Assembly (NCBI GenBank): GCA_028279805.1
Contig: JANQMZ010000007.1
Span: 420,001 to 452,000 of the forward strand
From: an archaeon
GTDB lineage: Archaea > Iainarchaeota > Iainarchaeia > Iainarchaeales > JANQMZ01
Length of the DNA: 32,000 nucleotides
Reading direction: 5' to 3'
The notes beneath the pieces were generated by a model, which saw nothing but the letters and a program-made list of their open reading frames with translations, made no database searches and had not been told where the DNA came from. Each line of letters opens with the position of its first letter. Positions within the stretch are counted from its first letter, which is position 1. This document shows, piece by piece, positions 23,854-32,000 of this stretch. The position numbers and the translations under genes are program-made.

Positions 23854-25086
23854 ATGGTTAAAGAAAATCCTAAGCTTAAAAGAAATTTAACTTTGTCTTT
23901 GTTGACTTTTTACGGTATCGGCAACATCATCGGCGCGGGTATTTATGTTTTGATTGGGGAGGTGGCTGGGGCTGCTGGTTTGTATACTCCGATTGCTTTT
24001 GTTTTGGCTTCGATTTTGGCTGGTTTTAGTGCTTTTAGTTTTGCTGAATTGAGTTCAAGAATGCCCAAAAGTGCCGGTGAAGCTGTTTATATTCAAAAAG
24101 CTTTTGGAATTCAAAACTTTTCAATATTAATAGGATTAATGGTTGCAATAACGGGAATAATTGCAGCTTCAACAATAGTAAAAGGATTCACCGGTTATCT
24201 GGATGTATTTGTTTTAATTCCGCACTGGATTTCAACAGGATTTGTAATATTATTATTAGGCGGAATTGCCGCATGGGGAATAAAACAGTCGGCAATAGTT
24301 GCAACAATTGTCAGTTTGCTTGAAATTGGAGGAATATTATTTGTATTATGGGTTGGAAAAGATTTATTTTTACAGGTTCCGGAAAGATTACCGGAATTGG
24401 TTCCTTTAATGGGGTTAAGTGATGGCGGGTTTGGAATAATGTTGGGAGCTTTTCTGGCATTTTTTGCATTTGTAGGATTTGAGGACATGGTTAATGTTGC
24501 TGAAGAGGTTAAAAATCCGACAAAAAATATGCCACGTGCAATTATTATTGCTTTAATTGTTGTAACTATTTTGTATTTTTTGGTTTCATTGCTGGCTGTG
24601 CTGGCTGTTCCGTTGGAAGATTTAAGTGCAACAACAGCACCATTGGCTTTGATTTTTCAAAATGCAACCGGGGAGGTTCCAATTGTTATTAGTTTGATTG
24701 CATTGTTTGCTGTAACCAATGGTGCAATGATTCAGATTATTATGAGTTCAAGAATTTTATATGGTTTAAGTTCTCATGGATGGATTCCGGAATTGTTTGG
24801 AAGAATTCATCCAAAAACTCATACTCCTTTAATTTCCACATCAATTATAACAGGAATTATTTTGATTTTAAGCTTAAGTTTTCCAATTGGAATACTGGCT
24901 CAAATGACAAGTTTTATTATTTTAAGCGTTTTTACAATAATCAATTTAGCTTTATGGAAAATTAAAACAATGGAACCGGCACCAGACGGAGTAAAAGTTT
25001 ATCCTATCTGGGTTCCCATTGTTGGTTTTTTCATTAGCTTGGGATTTGTTTTATTCAGGGCGGCAGAATTCTTTGGATTGTTTTAA
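23854..25086 (+). CDS. APC-superfamily amino acid permease
   Basis: About 410-aa ORF with roughly 12 hydrophobic helices. FYGIGNIIGAGIYVLIGEVAG is the typical APC TM1 motif. The first ATG is at 23854. Confidence 0.8.
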   Translation: MVKENPKLKRNLTLSLLTFYGIGNIIGAGIYVLIGEVAGAAGLYTPIAFVLASILAGFSAFSFAELSSRMPKSAGEAVYIQKAFGIQNFSILIGLMVAITGIIAASTIVKGFTGYLDVFVLIPHWISTGFVILLLGGIAAWGIKQSAIVATIVSLLEIGGILFVLWVGKDLFLQVPERLPELVPLMGLSDGGFGIMLGAFLAFFAFVGFEDMVNVAEEVKNPTKNMPRAIIIALIVVTILYFLVSLLAVLAVPLEDLSATTAPLALIFQNATGEVPIVISLIALFAVTNGAMIQIIMSSRILYGLSSHGWIPELFGRIHPKTHTPLISTSIITGIILILSLSFPIGILAQMTSFIILSVFTIINLALWKIKTMEPAPDGVKVYPIWVPIVGFFISLGFVLFRAAEFFGLF

Positions 25087-25143
25087 TCAGCGGAAATCTG
25101 CTTTGGAAAAGCAGATATAAATAAAGGGCGTATTCTATAAAGG

Positions 25144-25166
25144 AAAGATATCCAAAAGATATCTTT
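25144..25166. promoter_or_regulatory. palindrome AAAGATATC-CAAAA-GATATCTTT abutting the TATA-like box of the toxin-antitoxin cluster (candidate antitoxin operator)
   Basis: Read directly from the sequence: perfect 9-bp arms, followed by TTTATATAT and the GTG start at 25178. Confidence 0.5.
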
Positions 25167-25177
25167 ATATATCTGGA

Positions 25178-25435
25178 GTGATCCATATTACTAAGAGGGT
25201 TAAAAAAGGCCATTATACTGTGGTAATCACAAGGCATGCTTACATTAGAGCGTTGCAAAGAGGAATTGATCCTGAACTTGTGGATGATTCCATTGTTAAT
25301 GGCAAAATGAAGAGGTTTGCAAAAAACAGAATAAAATTTGAAAAGAGGTTTAAAAAATTTTCAATAGTTTGCGTTGATGAAATTATTGAAAATGAAATAA
25401 TAATAGTTACTATTACAAAAAAGATGAGAAAATGA
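25178..25435 (+). CDS. DUF4258-family putative toxin
   Basis: 85-aa ORF. VVITRHAYIRALQRGIDPELVDDSIVNG...IIIVTITK fits the DUF4258 pattern (i-s-x-HA-x-x-R-x-x-x-RgI...viTv). Confidence 0.6.
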   Translation: MIHITKRVKKGHYTVVITRHAYIRALQRGIDPELVDDSIVNGKMKRFAKNRIKFEKRFKKFSIVCVDEIIENEIIIVTITKKMRK

Positions 25436-25740
25436 CTAAGAAAAGAACTTGCGTTAGATGCAAAGGAAAAATGATTGAAAAAAAGGATAAAACTCCGGAA
25501 GGGTTTACTTACAAGTACTTCAGTTGTAAAAACTGCAAGGACGAGATACTAACCATGAAACAGTTGCATGAAGTTGCTGAAAAATACAGAGAAATGAAAA
25601 AATACAGAGCAAAAGTTTCAAAATGGGGAACAAGCTTGGCTTTACGAATTCCAAAAGAACTGGCAAAAAAATATGGATTAAAGAAAAACAAAGAAGTTAC
25701 ATTGGTTCCAGATAAAAAAGCAATAAGAATTGTGAATTAA
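25432..25740 (+). CDS. putative antitoxin: N-terminal YgiT/MqsA-type zinc ribbon plus C-terminal SpoVT/AbrB domain
   Basis: 102-aa ORF with CVRCKG...CKNCKD (4 Cys), then SKWGTSLALRIPKELAKKYGLKKNKEVTLVPDKKAIRI (AbrB/MazE swapped-hairpin motif). Its start overlaps the upstream stop (ATGA). Confidence 0.65.
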   Translation: MTKKRTCVRCKGKMIEKKDKTPEGFTYKYFSCKNCKDEILTMKQLHEVAEKYREMKKYRAKVSKWGTSLALRIPKELAKKYGLKKNKEVTLVPDKKAIRIVN

Positions 25741-25932
25741 ATGGTTAAAGTGGAAGTTAAAAAAAAACAATTTAATGCGATTATTAAAGAAGATGAAACC
25801 GGAGGATATTTTGCACATATTCCCTCCCTGCCGGGATGCAATACGCAAGGAGAGACAAAGGAAGAAACTTTCAAGAATATAAAAGAAGCAATTGAGCTTT
25901 ATTTAGAAGTAAAATATGAGAATATTAAATAA
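25741..25932 (+). CDS. HicB-like (UPF0150) antitoxin-fold protein
   Basis: 63-aa ORF. FNAIIKEDETGGYFAHIPSLPGCNTQGETKEETFKNIKEAIELYLE is the classic HicB N-domain pattern. It starts immediately after the upstream stop. Confidence 0.7.
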   Translation: MVKVEVKKKQFNAIIKEDETGGYFAHIPSLPGCNTQGETKEETFKNIKEAIELYLEVKYENIK

Positions 25933-25944
25933 TTACACAAATTC

Positions 25945-26766
25945 TTGGACAAAAGCTTTAAAAGAATCAAAACTTATTCAAATAATATGGGTTCCGGCGG
26001 TTTAAGGAGAAGGAGGAGAATACTGGAAAGCCTTGATAAAAAAAAGAGGAAAGGAGAATATATTGATCCAGATATATATTCCCGTCATTACAGGCGTTTA
26101 AATACCGGAGAACATGTAAGAGGGATTAGAACACTTGAATCTCTTGTGGGAGGAGAGTTGAGGGCGTTGGTTGCAATTCTTGAATCTCAGATGAAATCTT
26201 ACAAAGGAATAATCGCACAAAGAGGAACGGAGGAAATAGAGGGTGGAAAGGAATTGATGCGATTAAAGGACAAGCTTGAAAAAAATCCTCCGGCAACAGC
26301 AGAAGAATTGGACAGCTTATCAAAAAGAGTTGGTGAACTGGAAAGATTATACGGAATGCATGGAAGTCATAATAATCTTTTCAGCTTTCAGGAATCTTTG
26401 GTGAAAATGTATGAAGAGGTTTTGGAATCCCGGCGAAAAGATTTAAAAGGCATTGAAAAGGAAAATCCTTCAATGCCCAAGGAAGCAAGACAAAAAATCA
26501 GGGAAATTGTTGAACAACATTCACCAGGAGAAGCAAAAAATCTTCTTCATGATTATGAACAGTTGATTAGAATAAGACTGGGTTCCTTGGATTTGGAAAC
26601 ATTCAGGGAAAGATTTAAGCGTGTTCTTGAAAGTGAAACAAAACCTCAAAGTGATTTTTTTTCAGAAGCAAAAGGAAAAATGATTGAAGGAGTTTTATTC
26701 AGTGTTGGAAATGATTTCAGAGAAGTTTTAAGTGAAATTCAAAAAGCAATGGAAAGAATAAAATAA
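25945..26766 (+). CDS. hypothetical Arg/Glu-rich coiled-coil protein
   Basis: 273-aa ORF with a TTG start (an alternative ATG is at 25987). No family recognised. Confidence 0.45.
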   Translation: MDKSFKRIKTYSNNMGSGGLRRRRRILESLDKKKRKGEYIDPDIYSRHYRRLNTGEHVRGIRTLESLVGGELRALVAILESQMKSYKGIIAQRGTEEIEGGKELMRLKDKLEKNPPATAEELDSLSKRVGELERLYGMHGSHNNLFSFQESLVKMYEEVLESRRKDLKGIEKENPSMPKEARQKIREIVEQHSPGEAKNLLHDYEQLIRIRLGSLDLETFRERFKRVLESETKPQSDFFSEAKGKMIEGVLFSVGNDFREVLSEIQKAMERIK

Positions 26767-27333
26767 TTATTTTTGATTTTTTTCAACTGTTTTTTTGATT
26801 TTATCCAGATAATCCTGTTCAGGTTTTTGAATTTGTTCACCGATTTTTCTGTAATTGCCGCCAAAATATAACAATGGTTTTTTTTCTTCAATTGCAGATA
26901 ATTCTAACACTTCGCCAACAAACATTACATGGTCGCCCAATTCAATTGCTTTAATTAATTTGCATTCAGCATTCATTGCAGCATCTTTAACCATTAAAAC
27001 ATTAATTTTTTTGGCATCATAAAATTCTGCAATTCCCAATTCTTTTAAAACAGCAATTTTATCAACATTTTTAGCAGAACTTTGGCCTGAAACGCTGGAA
27101 ACAACATTTTGTTGCTGGGAAGCAATGCTTATTCCAAATTCTTTTGATTCTTTGATGTTTTCAACAGTTGCTTTCTGAAAACCCAGATGAACTGCCATCA
27201 AACTTGGCTTATAGGACACGTGATTAGTCCATTCAGCAGCCATAATATTCTGGCCATGAGGGCCATTGCTTGTTATTAAGCCAATGTTTGAAACAAATTT
27301 TCTTGTTCTCCAGTCATTCCATTCTAAATCCAT
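26767..27333 (-). CDS. flavin reductase-like FMN-binding split-barrel protein
   Basis: 188-aa ORF. IGLITSNGPHGQNIMAAEWTNHVSYKPSLMAVHL and GDHVMFVGEV follow the Flavin_Reduct pattern. Confidence 0.7.
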   Translation of the reverse strand: MDLEWNDWRTRKFVSNIGLITSNGPHGQNIMAAEWTNHVSYKPSLMAVHLGFQKATVENIKESKEFGISIASQQQNVVSSVSGQSSAKNVDKIAVLKELGIAEFYDAKKINVLMVKDAAMNAECKLIKAIELGDHVMFVGEVLELSAIEEKKPLLYFGGNYRKIGEQIQKPEQDYLDKIKKTVEKNQK

Positions 27334-27374
27334 GAAAGATTAAAAGAATGGGAGAATTTAAGTGTTTTTCCAAA

Positions 27375-28379
27375 TTAGTTTTGTTTTTTTCTTGTTTTTC
27401 TAGGATTTAAAGATGATCCGGTTTTTATTTTCCTTTTCCCTCTGGGACTTAAAGTTATTCCTGTTCTTCTGGACTCTTTTTCAATTTTTTTTTGATGCCT
27501 ATATTTTTCATATTGAATGATTTCAGGATTAAAATCAAATCTTCTAACCAAATCTCTTTCCGGAAAAAATCCAAGCAAAACAGGAATTTCCATTCCGGCT
27601 TGATATAAAATTCTCGGATTTTCAAACATTTCAACAACTTGTTCAGGTGGAAAATGCAATTCTATTGCCAGTTTTGCTGCAACTTGTGTTCTGGGTTTTT
27701 TTGAAAAAATGTTAAAAAATTCTTTAAGAGTTATATCATAACTGTTTACCAGTTCATAACCAAACAAACCATTTTGACTTAAAAAATTCACAGAATCAAT
27801 TATGGTTTCTGGCTTTCTTCCATCAAAAAGTCTTGCTGATTGTTTTATCAAATCAACAGCTTCTTCTTTTGAAAACTTTTCTGGTTTTAAAGCCCTTCTT
27901 CTTCTTTTTCTTTCTTCTATAAAACCGGACATTCCCTCAGGCAATGCGTTGGTTCCCGGCCCCCCAAATGCGTTTTTTTTTCTTTGCAAACCGGTTTCAA
28001 GCTTGCCAACATCTTCTGAATCAGCACCTGCACGGATTAAAACATCTCCGGGAACCCCAGAATTAACCAGGTCTTCAAGCAAATAATGGCGAAGGAGTTG
28101 TTCAATTGGAAACTCAAGCTGGCGCGCATGTCCTGCAGTTAGAGTTACCGGATAAATTCTTCTGAATTCGCTTAAATCAATTTCATACACATCATTCAAA
28201 GTTCTTCCGCCCAAACCACGTTTTAATAAAAATTCAGAAGCCTTAAAGTATGATTCCTTCGCAGCTGCTCTTTGAACAAATGTTTCAATTTCTTCTCTTG
28301 AAAGTTCTCCTGCCAAAGCTCTTTGCCTGACGGTTTTTCCTCGAGTTCGAGGCTTTGATTGCCCTCTTTTTTTCAGCAT
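27375..28379 (-). CDS. hypothetical protein with an internally duplicated domain and basic termini
   Basis: 334-aa ORF. Two homologous halves of about 100 aa are visible by eye (see the finding for this region). The N- and C-terminal tails are Lys/Arg-rich. Confidence 0.55.
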   Translation of the reverse strand: MLKKRGQSKPRTRGKTVRQRALAGELSREEIETFVQRAAAKESYFKASEFLLKRGLGGRTLNDVYEIDLSEFRRIYPVTLTAGHARQLEFPIEQLLRHYLLEDLVNSGVPGDVLIRAGADSEDVGKLETGLQRKKNAFGGPGTNALPEGMSGFIEERKRRRRALKPEKFSKEEAVDLIKQSARLFDGRKPETIIDSVNFLSQNGLFGYELVNSYDITLKEFFNIFSKKPRTQVAAKLAIELHFPPEQVVEMFENPRILYQAGMEIPVLLGFFPERDLVRRFDFNPEIIQYEKYRHQKKIEKESRRTGITLSPRGKRKIKTGSSLNPRKTRKKQN

Positions 28380-28474
28380 GATATGAATAAGGAAAAGCTG
28401 AGTATAAATAGTTTTATGGTTTAAAAAGGCAAATTTGGAAAAAGTATTTAAAAGGGTTTAATTGTATTTTTGCC

Positions 28475-29209
28475 ATGAGCAGGTTGTTTGAAGGGGCAGT
28501 AAAAAACTGGAAATACGTTTTAAGCTTGTTAATAATTGGCTTGATTTTTTTATTATGGCAGTATTATTACCAGTTAAGTTTTATTCCGGATAACTGGCAA
28601 CTGGCTTTGGTTAGGGCATTAGGTTTTGCCGGAGCAACATTTTTTGCAATAGCTTTATTGTCAAGTTCAATGTTTAAATTCTGGCCGCAGTATGCAAAGT
28701 ATTGGACTGCAAGAAGAATGTTTGGAGTAATGGGTTTTACTTTTATTTTTTTACATTTTTTAACAACAACAATGTTTTTTTATGACGGAAATCCGATGCT
28801 GTTATATTTCCCTTTAAATCCTTTTGAAAATTTGTTAATATTTGGATTGGCAGCTTACCCCATTTTCTTTTTAATGTTTTTAACAAGCACAGACTGGGCT
28901 TATGAAAAAATGGGCCCGCCAAGATGGAAAGCTTTGCACAGACTTGTATATTTTGCTTTCATGTTTTCAGTTTTTCACTTTTTATTAATTAACCCGCCTG
29001 CATTGAAAAACCTGTCAGGTTACTTGTTATTATTGGTAACATTTTTGGCATTGCTGGGAGAATTATACTGGTTTATTAAAATGGCAATCCAAAAAGGATT
29101 CCGAGGATTAGGAGTAAAAATTGGTTTTTTAATAATTTTATTCTGGCTTGCTTTAATTTACTTGGCTTATCCGATGTTAACTAATGCTTTTGGAATTATT
29201 TTCAGTTAA
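28475..29209 (+). CDS. ferric-reductase-type transmembrane protein (MsrQ/YedZ-like)
   Basis: 244-aa polytopic ORF with His in TM helices (FIFLHFL, VFHFLL). It has the same layout as 1440-2033. Confidence 0.55.
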   Translation: MSRLFEGAVKNWKYVLSLLIIGLIFLLWQYYYQLSFIPDNWQLALVRALGFAGATFFAIALLSSSMFKFWPQYAKYWTARRMFGVMGFTFIFLHFLTTTMFFYDGNPMLLYFPLNPFENLLIFGLAAYPIFFLMFLTSTDWAYEKMGPPRWKALHRLVYFAFMFSVFHFLLINPPALKNLSGYLLLLVTFLALLGELYWFIKMAIQKGFRGLGVKIGFLIILFWLALIYLAYPMLTNAFGIIFS

Positions 29210-30282
29210 CCAAAAGTAAAAGTGTATAATTCAAATCCTTTTCCAGTAACTTCAAAAACAATTGTTTTCTGGGAATAATCCTGTGAAGAAACCAAATTGT
29301 ACAATTTTTGTTCTTCAACCGGAACAGCTAAATTCTGAACATCAGTTCCGGTATTTTCTTCTGTTAAAGGATTTTGATTTAATTCAATTGTTAAATTTGA
29401 TTTGTCTGGCGAGCCGGCAACTATATTGACATTTTTTGCTTTGAAGGTTAAGGCAACTTTTCCTTTATCTGAAACCAATTTTGAAAAATCTGCTTTTGTT
29501 TCCCATTCTCCGTCCAGATAAGCCAGATTCGGAATAAAAGTGTCAGGCAAAGAATATTCCGTTACTGCGTCTTTTTTGAACCCTTCTTTGTTGCCGAATG
29601 GTGCGCGAATAAATTTATAGCCGAAATAAATTTCAGGCGTGCCGATTTGCGAAAAATCAGGGTTTTCTGTTGAGCCCAAATTTGATTCTTCTTCTTTAAC
29701 TGTTTCATCTTTTTCTGATAATAATTTTAGTATTTGTTTTTCTGTTTCTTCATAGCCCCCTTCCCCAATATGGTCATAGCGGATAAAGCCTTGTGAATCA
29801 ATTAAAAACTTGTGAGGCCACCAGCGATTGTTGTAAGCACGCCATGTGCCAAAATCGTTATCCAGAACAACCGGATATTTTAATTGGTGTTTTTCTACAG
29901 CTTGTTTTACATTGTCAAAATTTTTTTCAAATTCAAATTCAGGGGAGTGAACGCCAATTATTACCAGGCCATTGTCTGAATATTTTTCATGCCAGTCTTT
30001 CAAATAAGGCAGGGTTCTGATGCAATTAATGCAACTGTATGTCCAGAAATCAACCAGTACAACTTTTCCTTTCAAATCTGCAATTTTAATGTCAGGTTCA
30101 GTGTTAATATAATTGTGAATTTTTTGTAATTCAGGAGCTTTTTGCAAACCGTTTTTTGTTTCAATAGGCGTAATCTCATTAATATTAAAATTTTTTGTTG
30201 ATTGCAATGCGAATATTGCTAAAATTATTATTAACAATATTCCTCCTACCAAAAAAGGATTGTTTGGCTTTAAAATTTTCAT
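29206..30282 (-). CDS. membrane-anchored thiol:disulfide oxidoreductase (TlpA/ResA-like thioredoxin fold) with a DipZ-type C-terminal beta domain
   Basis: 358-aa ORF with an N-terminal TM helix. LVDFWTYSCINCIRTLP is the redoxin CxxC site, and WRAYNNRWWPHKFLID is also present. A C-terminal extension of about 170 aa follows, as in DipZ-family proteins. Confidence 0.7.
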   Translation of the reverse strand: MKILKPNNPFLVGGILLIIILAIFALQSTKNFNINEITPIETKNGLQKAPELQKIHNYINTEPDIKIADLKGKVVLVDFWTYSCINCIRTLPYLKDWHEKYSDNGLVIIGVHSPEFEFEKNFDNVKQAVEKHQLKYPVVLDNDFGTWRAYNNRWWPHKFLIDSQGFIRYDHIGEGGYEETEKQILKLLSEKDETVKEEESNLGSTENPDFSQIGTPEIYFGYKFIRAPFGNKEGFKKDAVTEYSLPDTFIPNLAYLDGEWETKADFSKLVSDKGKVALTFKAKNVNIVAGSPDKSNLTIELNQNPLTEENTGTDVQNLAVPVEEQKLYNLVSSQDYSQKTIVFEVTGKGFELYTFTFG

Positions 30283-30284
30283 AA

Positions 30285-31001
30285 TTATCCCAACAACATT
30301 TGGTTAACAAAACCTAAATTGGCAACCAAAACCAATGTGTTTGTAAAAACCAAAATTCCCAGAATTATTAAAATTATTCCGAACACGATGTTAAACCATT
30401 TCAAATGTTTTGAAAATTTTTGAATAAAGCCTGATGCTTTTGAAGTGAATGCTCCTACCAAAAGAAACGGAATTCCCAGACCCAAAGAATAGGACAGCAT
30501 TAAAGGGAATGCTGCTTCAGGCTGGGTTGCCGCTAAAGTTAAAACTGCTCCTAAAACCGGCCCTACACAGGGAGTCCAGCCCACCGCAAACGCCGCACCG
30601 AATAAAAAGGAACTTAGGTACTGGAAGCGTGTTTTTTTAACTGTTAATTTTTTGTCGCCTTGCAGTTGCGGAATTTTAATTACTCCTAATAAAAATAAGC
30701 CGAATAATATGATGATTATTCCGCCAATCTGGCTTAAAGTGTTTCTTAAATCAAAAGCAATGCTTGACAAAACGCTTTGCAGTAAAACTCCTAAAATTGA
30801 AAAAACCAATGAAAAGCCTAAAACAAAAAACACTGAACTTAAAAAAATTGTAATTCTTACACGGGGAGCGTTTTCCTGCAATTCTTTTGTTGTTGTTCCG
30901 GCTAAAAAAGTTAAATATGCGGGAATTAATGGAAGAATGCAGGGACTTAAAAAAGATGCGATTCCTGCAAAAAATGCAATTATAATTGTAAACTCAGTCA
31001 A
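30285..31001 (-). CDS. ccdA: CcdA/DsbD-type transmembrane thiol-disulfide electron transporter
   Basis: 238-aa ORF with six TM helices. It has the two conserved Cys in SPCILPLIP and TPCVGPVLG. Confidence 0.85.
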   Translation of the reverse strand: MTEFTIIIAFFAGIASFLSPCILPLIPAYLTFLAGTTTKELQENAPRVRITIFLSSVFFVLGFSLVFSILGVLLQSVLSSIAFDLRNTLSQIGGIIIILFGLFLLGVIKIPQLQGDKKLTVKKTRFQYLSSFLFGAAFAVGWTPCVGPVLGAVLTLAATQPEAAFPLMLSYSLGLGIPFLLVGAFTSKASGFIQKFSKHLKWFNIVFGIILIILGILVFTNTLVLVANLGFVNQMLLG

Positions 31002-31003
31002 TT

Positions 31004-31510
31004 TTATTCACCCAATTCGTCCCTTGCAAAACTAATTTTATCCAGGATAACAGCTTTATTCCACTGGCCGATTCCTCTGACCAGAACATTTTCTTCCGAA
31101 TCAATAATAATGTGAGTGTGTTGTAATGAAACTCCAAATTTTCTTGCCAAATCTTCTTCATCTGCATCGGTTCTGGCATCCTTATAATTAACTTCTATTC
31201 CTGCAACATCTGTCGGAATTTCCTTAAAAGTTTCAACCAAAACAGGTTTTTGAACAACGCATGTAGGACACCAGTCTGCATGGAATTCTAAAAAAATAAT
31301 TTTATTATTCTGCAAAGCTTGTTGATAAGTTGTTTTAGAAAATTCTTTGTATTGGTTTCCGGTTAAATTTAAATTTTCATTTTCTTTTTCATTGGAATTT
31401 GATGACGGATTTGAATTTGAATTGTTTTGTGAAAAATCTGTTTCACTGACTGCCTGCGTGCAGCCGAACACAAAAATTATTGAAAGCAAAAGTATTGGCA
31501 ATGTTTTCAT
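31004..31510 (-). CDS. thioredoxin-like lipoprotein
   Basis: 168-aa ORF with a signal sequence and lipobox-like FVFGC, a Ser/Asn-rich linker and the thioredoxin active site HADWCPTCV. Confidence 0.7.
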   Translation of the reverse strand: MKTLPILLLSIIFVFGCTQAVSETDFSQNNSNSNPSSNSNEKENENLNLTGNQYKEFSKTTYQQALQNNKIIFLEFHADWCPTCVVQKPVLVETFKEIPTDVAGIEVNYKDARTDADEEDLARKFGVSLQHTHIIIDSEENVLVRGIGQWNKAVILDKISFARDELGE

Positions 31511-31511
31511 T

Positions 31512-31790
31512 TTATTCTCTCCATGTTACCCAGGCTAATGCAAGCAAGCCGGCTGTCTGTGCTCCGCTTACTAAAATTGCGTGCTGCATTGCTTCGGCTG
31601 TATAAAAATCAAGTTGTACAAAATGAAAATATGCTGCAAAAATGTTTTGCAATAATAACAAAAATGCAAAAACAATTAAACCTGAACAAAAAGTGCTTTT
31701 CATTTGCCTGTAATTCTGAATATAAACACTTAATAGGAATAACAACAATGCTACATTGATTAATTCCAATATTACCGGAAATTCCATCAT
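31512..31790 (-). CDS. small integral membrane protein
   Basis: 92-aa ORF with three hydrophobic helices. AAAGGAGGT lies upstream of ATG 31790. It is tightly coupled to the downstream gene. Confidence 0.5.
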   Translation of the reverse strand: MMEFPVILELINVALLLFLLSVYIQNYRQMKSTFCSGLIVFAFLLLLQNIFAAYFHFVQLDFYTAEAMQHAILVSGAQTAGLLALAWVTWRE

Positions 31791-31810
31791 ATACCTCCTT
31801 TTTTAGTTTT

Positions 31811-32000
31811 TTAAAGCTTTTTCCCAATTTTTGACCATATTTCCTCAAAAGCTTTTTTTTCTTCATCCGTAAAAGCCGGAAAAAACAATTCACCATATTT
31901 GTCCATGCTGCTTGTAATCCAGTTGTTTTTTTTCAAAACATCAACATGGTGTAAAATTGTTTTATAGTCAACACCTGCTTTTTTAGCCAGCTGGTTTTTG
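31811..32000 (-). CDS. winged-helix (ArsR/TrmB-like) regulator, N-terminus outside the window
   Basis: Own translation of the minus strand: ...KNQLAKKAGVDYKTILHHVDVLKKNNWITSSMDKYGELFFPAFTDEEKKAFEEIWSKIGKKL, with the stop at 31811-31813. The track ORF 31609-31896 is in a different, low-complexity frame. Confidence 0.5.
   Translation of the reverse strand, partial: KNQLAKKAGVDYKTILHHVDVLKKNNWITSSMDKYGELFFPAFTDEEKKAFEEIWSKIGKKL

Noticed and set aside
30449-31035. Plus-strand ORFs 30449-30640 and 30652-31035 opposite ccdA
   Set aside because: The ccdA reading has both conserved Cys motifs and six TM helices. The antisense ORFs are artefacts.
31609-31896. 95-aa minus-strand ORF (MVNCFFRLLRMKKKK...)
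   Set aside because: It is in the wrong frame. It overlaps the well-supported 31512-31790 membrane-protein gene, which has a GGAGGT site, and the partial wHTH gene (31811-32000) read in another frame.
1-32000. Search for a CRISPR array or cas genes to go with the CARF-wHTH regulator
   Set aside because: I found no run of regularly spaced direct repeats in any intergenic region, and no protein with Cas1, Cas2, Cas10 or RAMP motifs. The longest non-coding stretches (4596-5096, 16271-16388, 21800-21926) contain only short palindromes.

Overview
AT-rich archaeal chromosome segment, probably from a DPANN-type archaeon. The lineage is an inference from three things: a tRNA-Asp with the archaeal GCCCUGG/CCAGGGC acceptor stem and G discriminator, TATA-like boxes about 25 nt upstream of many starts, and GGAGG-type ribosome-binding sites. 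About 45 protein genes are packed tightly on both strands.

Left flank (1-11.5 kb): a PadR-like regulator divergent from a DUF5320-like micro-ORF, DUF1761 and ferric-reductase-type membrane proteins, a DNA alkylation repair protein, an alpha/beta hydrolase, a secreted transcobalamin-like/alpha-alpha-toroid/CARDB protein, glutamate dehydrogenase, a 16-Cys secreted protein, tRNA-Asp(GUC) and UppP.

Centre (11.5-21.8 kb): a visibly more AT-rich defence island. It holds a DUF4145-like protein, an HNH endonuclease convergent with a single-chain m5C+m6A DNA methyltransferase, a CxxC micro-protein, and a DUF3883-like PD-(D/E)xK nuclease gene broken by a frameshift in an A9 tract. The most interesting part is a tightly coupled operon: Csa3-like CARF-wHTH regulator, then DUF262/DUF1524 (GmrSD-like) nuclease, then UvrD helicase fused to a RecB-family nuclease. 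There is no CRISPR array, cas gene or nucleotide cyclase anywhere in the window.

Right flank (21.9-32 kb): a divergent operon of uncharacterised small and membrane proteins, an APC permease, a three-gene toxin-antitoxin cluster (DUF4258, Zn-ribbon-AbrB, HicB-like), a flavin reductase-like protein, two Arg/Lys-rich unknowns, and an extracytoplasmic thiol-disulfide operon (wHTH, membrane protein, Trx lipoprotein, CcdA, TlpA/DipZ-like).

All functional calls come from by-eye motif recognition. No database search was run.
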